A DNA stretch of 64,000 bases, taken from positions 62,001 through 126,000 of the forward strand of contig NW_024704743.1 in assembly GCF_018977255.1 (NCBI RefSeq), read 5' to 3'. This document shows, in pieces, positions 61,501 through 64,000 of the stretch. Position 1 is the stretch's first letter. Each line of letters starts with the position of its first letter. The position numbers and the translations under genes were made by a program. The notes under the pieces are model-generated. The model did not search any database, was not told the DNA's origin, and saw only the letters and a list, made by a program, of their open reading frames with translations. Source of the stretch: Callorhinchus milii (taxonomy: Eukaryota).

Positions 61501-63894
61501 ATAATCCTTGCATTTGATTTGGCCCGACCCGCCCTACCATCAGTGGCCGGGCTTTCAGCCTCTCTGCCCCCACACTCTGGAACTCCATCCCACGGTCCCT
61601 TGGCCTCGCTTCCTCCCTCGCCTCCTCCAAAGCCGGTCTCAAGACCCTTCTCTTCAATCATGCTTCGCTCGCCCTCCCACCTTTCTGCCTTCCCTCACCC
61701 CTACCCCACCCCTCCCCCATGCTCGGGCCCGGACATCTGACTTTGGGACATCCTCCCGATATAAAAAGCGCTCTATAAATGTAATTTTGTTGTTGTTGAT
61801 ACAGCGCCTTATCGCGTTGTTGAGACGTCTCAAAGCGCTTCACAGAATATACTGTGAAAGTGAATGGACTATATTTTATGGGCAAAACAGGGCAGCCAAT
61901 TGCGCGCAGCAGCGTCCCCACAAACAGCTGTGGATAGAGTGACCAACTTATTTTTATTATTATTTCTTTCCTTAAGGATCTTCCTAAAGCAGCATATAGC
62001 AGAGCAGCCTTCCCCCAAGGACCTCTCATATTCGCTGGCTGTTAGCTGATCTCAATCAGGGAAGCCTCAGCTCCCCTGGGTTAGGGAGGGGGAGCATCAG
62101 TCAAGGGTTCTCTTTTCACAACCCTTGCTGGAAGGTGCGTGTGCGGATGTTAAGTAGGGACAGGATTGGGTTCAACTGGGATACCCCCACCCCGTCTCAC
62201 ACTCAAATACCCTGCTGACACTCACCGTCAAGGCTGAGTGACACGTGACACGTGCTGTGGAGCCGATATTCTGTGCTGAGATCACAGTGCCTGCACCTCG
62301 TTGGATTTACACTGGATTCAGTCCAACTGTAACCTTGGACTGCTCAAGGCCACTGTAGTTTTGGCTGTGATGTTATGAATGGAGCTAATGGTTATTGTAC
62401 TGATAGCCAGGCAACACAAGGTCCTCTGATTAACAGGGAGTGAGAGATCTTGGCATGAGAGAGCTCTGCTCGTTCTTAAGGGGGAATCGTGTCTGCCCTT
62501 AGCCGACGCTCTCCATCTGATCACAACAACAACAAATTACATTTATACACCGCCATTCACGTCGGGAGGGCATCCCACGACGCTGAAGAGCCAAAGATTT
62601 GCACCCGAGCTGGGTGTTGAGATCAGGAGGTGAAGGAGTGAGGGTGACCAAATGCACGGTCGAAGAGGAGAGCCTTGAGATGGGCCTTGAAGGAGGCAAG
62701 GGAGGGGGATGTGAAATGGAGTTCCAAAAGGTGGGGGCAGAGAGGGGCAGGGGACATGTTGATATGGAGTTAGCAGGTCACAGAAGTAGGAAGGAGCAAG
62801 GCCATGGAGGGCTCTGAAGGCGAGGACAAGGGTTTTCAACTATATCCTCAGGGGGATGAGGAAGCAGTGGAGCCGGGCAAGGGAGGGTTTGATAGGGTCA
62901 CCATCGCAGGGAGGTGAACATGACTTATACGTTTCATTTTGTTTCAGGAGGCTGCAAGGTGTGTTTCCTCGGTCTGATCCAATCCTTCAGCCATTACAGT
63001 CTCGTAGCCCAGAAACTGGTGAGTTTTGGCAAGCCGGGAGGGTCTCCAGATGGGGCACAAGACTGACTTAGTTTTCATCAGTTAATCTACTTCATTCAGT
63101 TAGACTTACTTTCATTTCAGAGGTAGTTTCCACACCTGAAGGTGATTGAGTGTGTGGATGTGTGTCGGAGAGATAGAGAGGCCGGGCTGTGGGGACGAAT
63201 GGGGTGGGTGGGCCAGAGGTGGGAAAGCGGGAGACTACAGAGATCCACTTCAGTTGAGATGTTAAACTGAGGTCTTGTCTCCCTGCTGTTCCGGCTCTCT
63301 GCAGTCTCCCCCTCTCTCACCTCTGGTGTTTTCAGGCAGATTTTACAATACAAATTTACATTTAAACAGTGCCTATCATATCAGGAGGACGTCCCAAGAC
63401 ATTTGACATCCTGTTATGGCATCTGAGCTGGAGGTTAGAACCTAGAGGACGGGAGGGGGGAAGGGAAAGATGAAGGTGCGGTCAAAGAAGTGGACCTTGA
63501 AGAAGTCGGAGGGACTCCGAGAGGGGGCGCGGGCGAGGTGAAGGGTCTCTGGGATGGAGTTCCGGAGAGTGAGAACAGATTGGCTGAAAAGCTGACCGGC
63601 GATGGTGGGGTGGGTAGAGTGGAGGAGATGAATTTTCTGCCGTAACTTTGTCCTTGGCACCCTGAACCTGCGTGCTTCCGGATGTACTCAGCCAATCCCA
63701 TTTAGCACCTTGTGTACCTCCCTCACTCACTCTCTGTCTCTGGTTATCTCCTGCCAGGGAGTGAATCTGCCCGCAGCCAGGCAGCAGGGCCAACTGGTCT
63801 TTATGGAAGGACTCCGATCGTCTCTGGACCTCTTACTCACTCATGAACCGGAAGGGACGGCCACACAGAGCGAGTCTCCTCTCCAGTTCCTAAG
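58553..63894 (+). CDS. ELP6: Elongator complex protein 6, first four coding exons (continues beyond the window)
   Basis: Exons 58553-58597 (MFSELNNILNNSPEQ), 61118-61196 (GECVLLCDSQTDGNFLVHHFLSFYLK), 62948-63018 (GCKVCFLGLIQSFSHYSLVAQKL) and 63758-63894 (GVNLPAARQQGQLVFMEGLRSS..PLQFL). All GT-AG and phase-consistent. They match human ELP6 as recalled (MFVELNNLLN..TDGSFLVHHFLSFYLKANCKVCF). Confidence 0.95.
58700..59490. repeat. 21-bp minisatellite (GAGGAGCCTGTGGTGAGGAGG)n, about 36 copies, in ELP6 intron 1
   Basis: Directly visible. It produces the ORFs (EEPVVRR)n on + and (LTTGSSL)n on -. Confidence 0.97.
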
Positions 63895-64000
63895 GTACAG
63901 GGCATTTAGGAGTGAAATCAGGGGCAGTTTTTCACACAAAGGCTAGTGGAAATATGGAAATCTCTCCCCTAAAAGGCTGTGGATCCTGGATTCATTCACA

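Overview
Vertebrate genomic DNA, very rich in tRNA-derived/Deu-type SINEs, L2 and CR1 fragments. The repeat content and protein divergence suggest a cartilaginous fish such as a chimaera (inference). Exon-by-exon reading with GT-AG boundaries and phase checks supports five spliced genes: SNAP47 (- strand, 5' part), JMJD4 (+, complete, 6 coding exons, 423 aa), ALS2CL (-, complete, 26 coding exons, about 995 aa), an intact PKR/EIF2AK2-family eIF2-alpha kinase (+, 9 coding exons, about 453 aa), and ELP6 (+, first 4 exons). The kinase is the most unusual item. It has PKR-type intron positions and catalytic motifs but no dsRNA-binding or Z-alpha domain that I can find. Instead it has an acidic, Ser-rich N-terminus of about 195 aa, almost no kinase insert, no canonical Arg-Asp dimer salt bridge, and a position between ALS2CL and ELP6 rather than the usual PKR neighbourhood. 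Gene identities rest on my recall of the human proteins, not on database searches.
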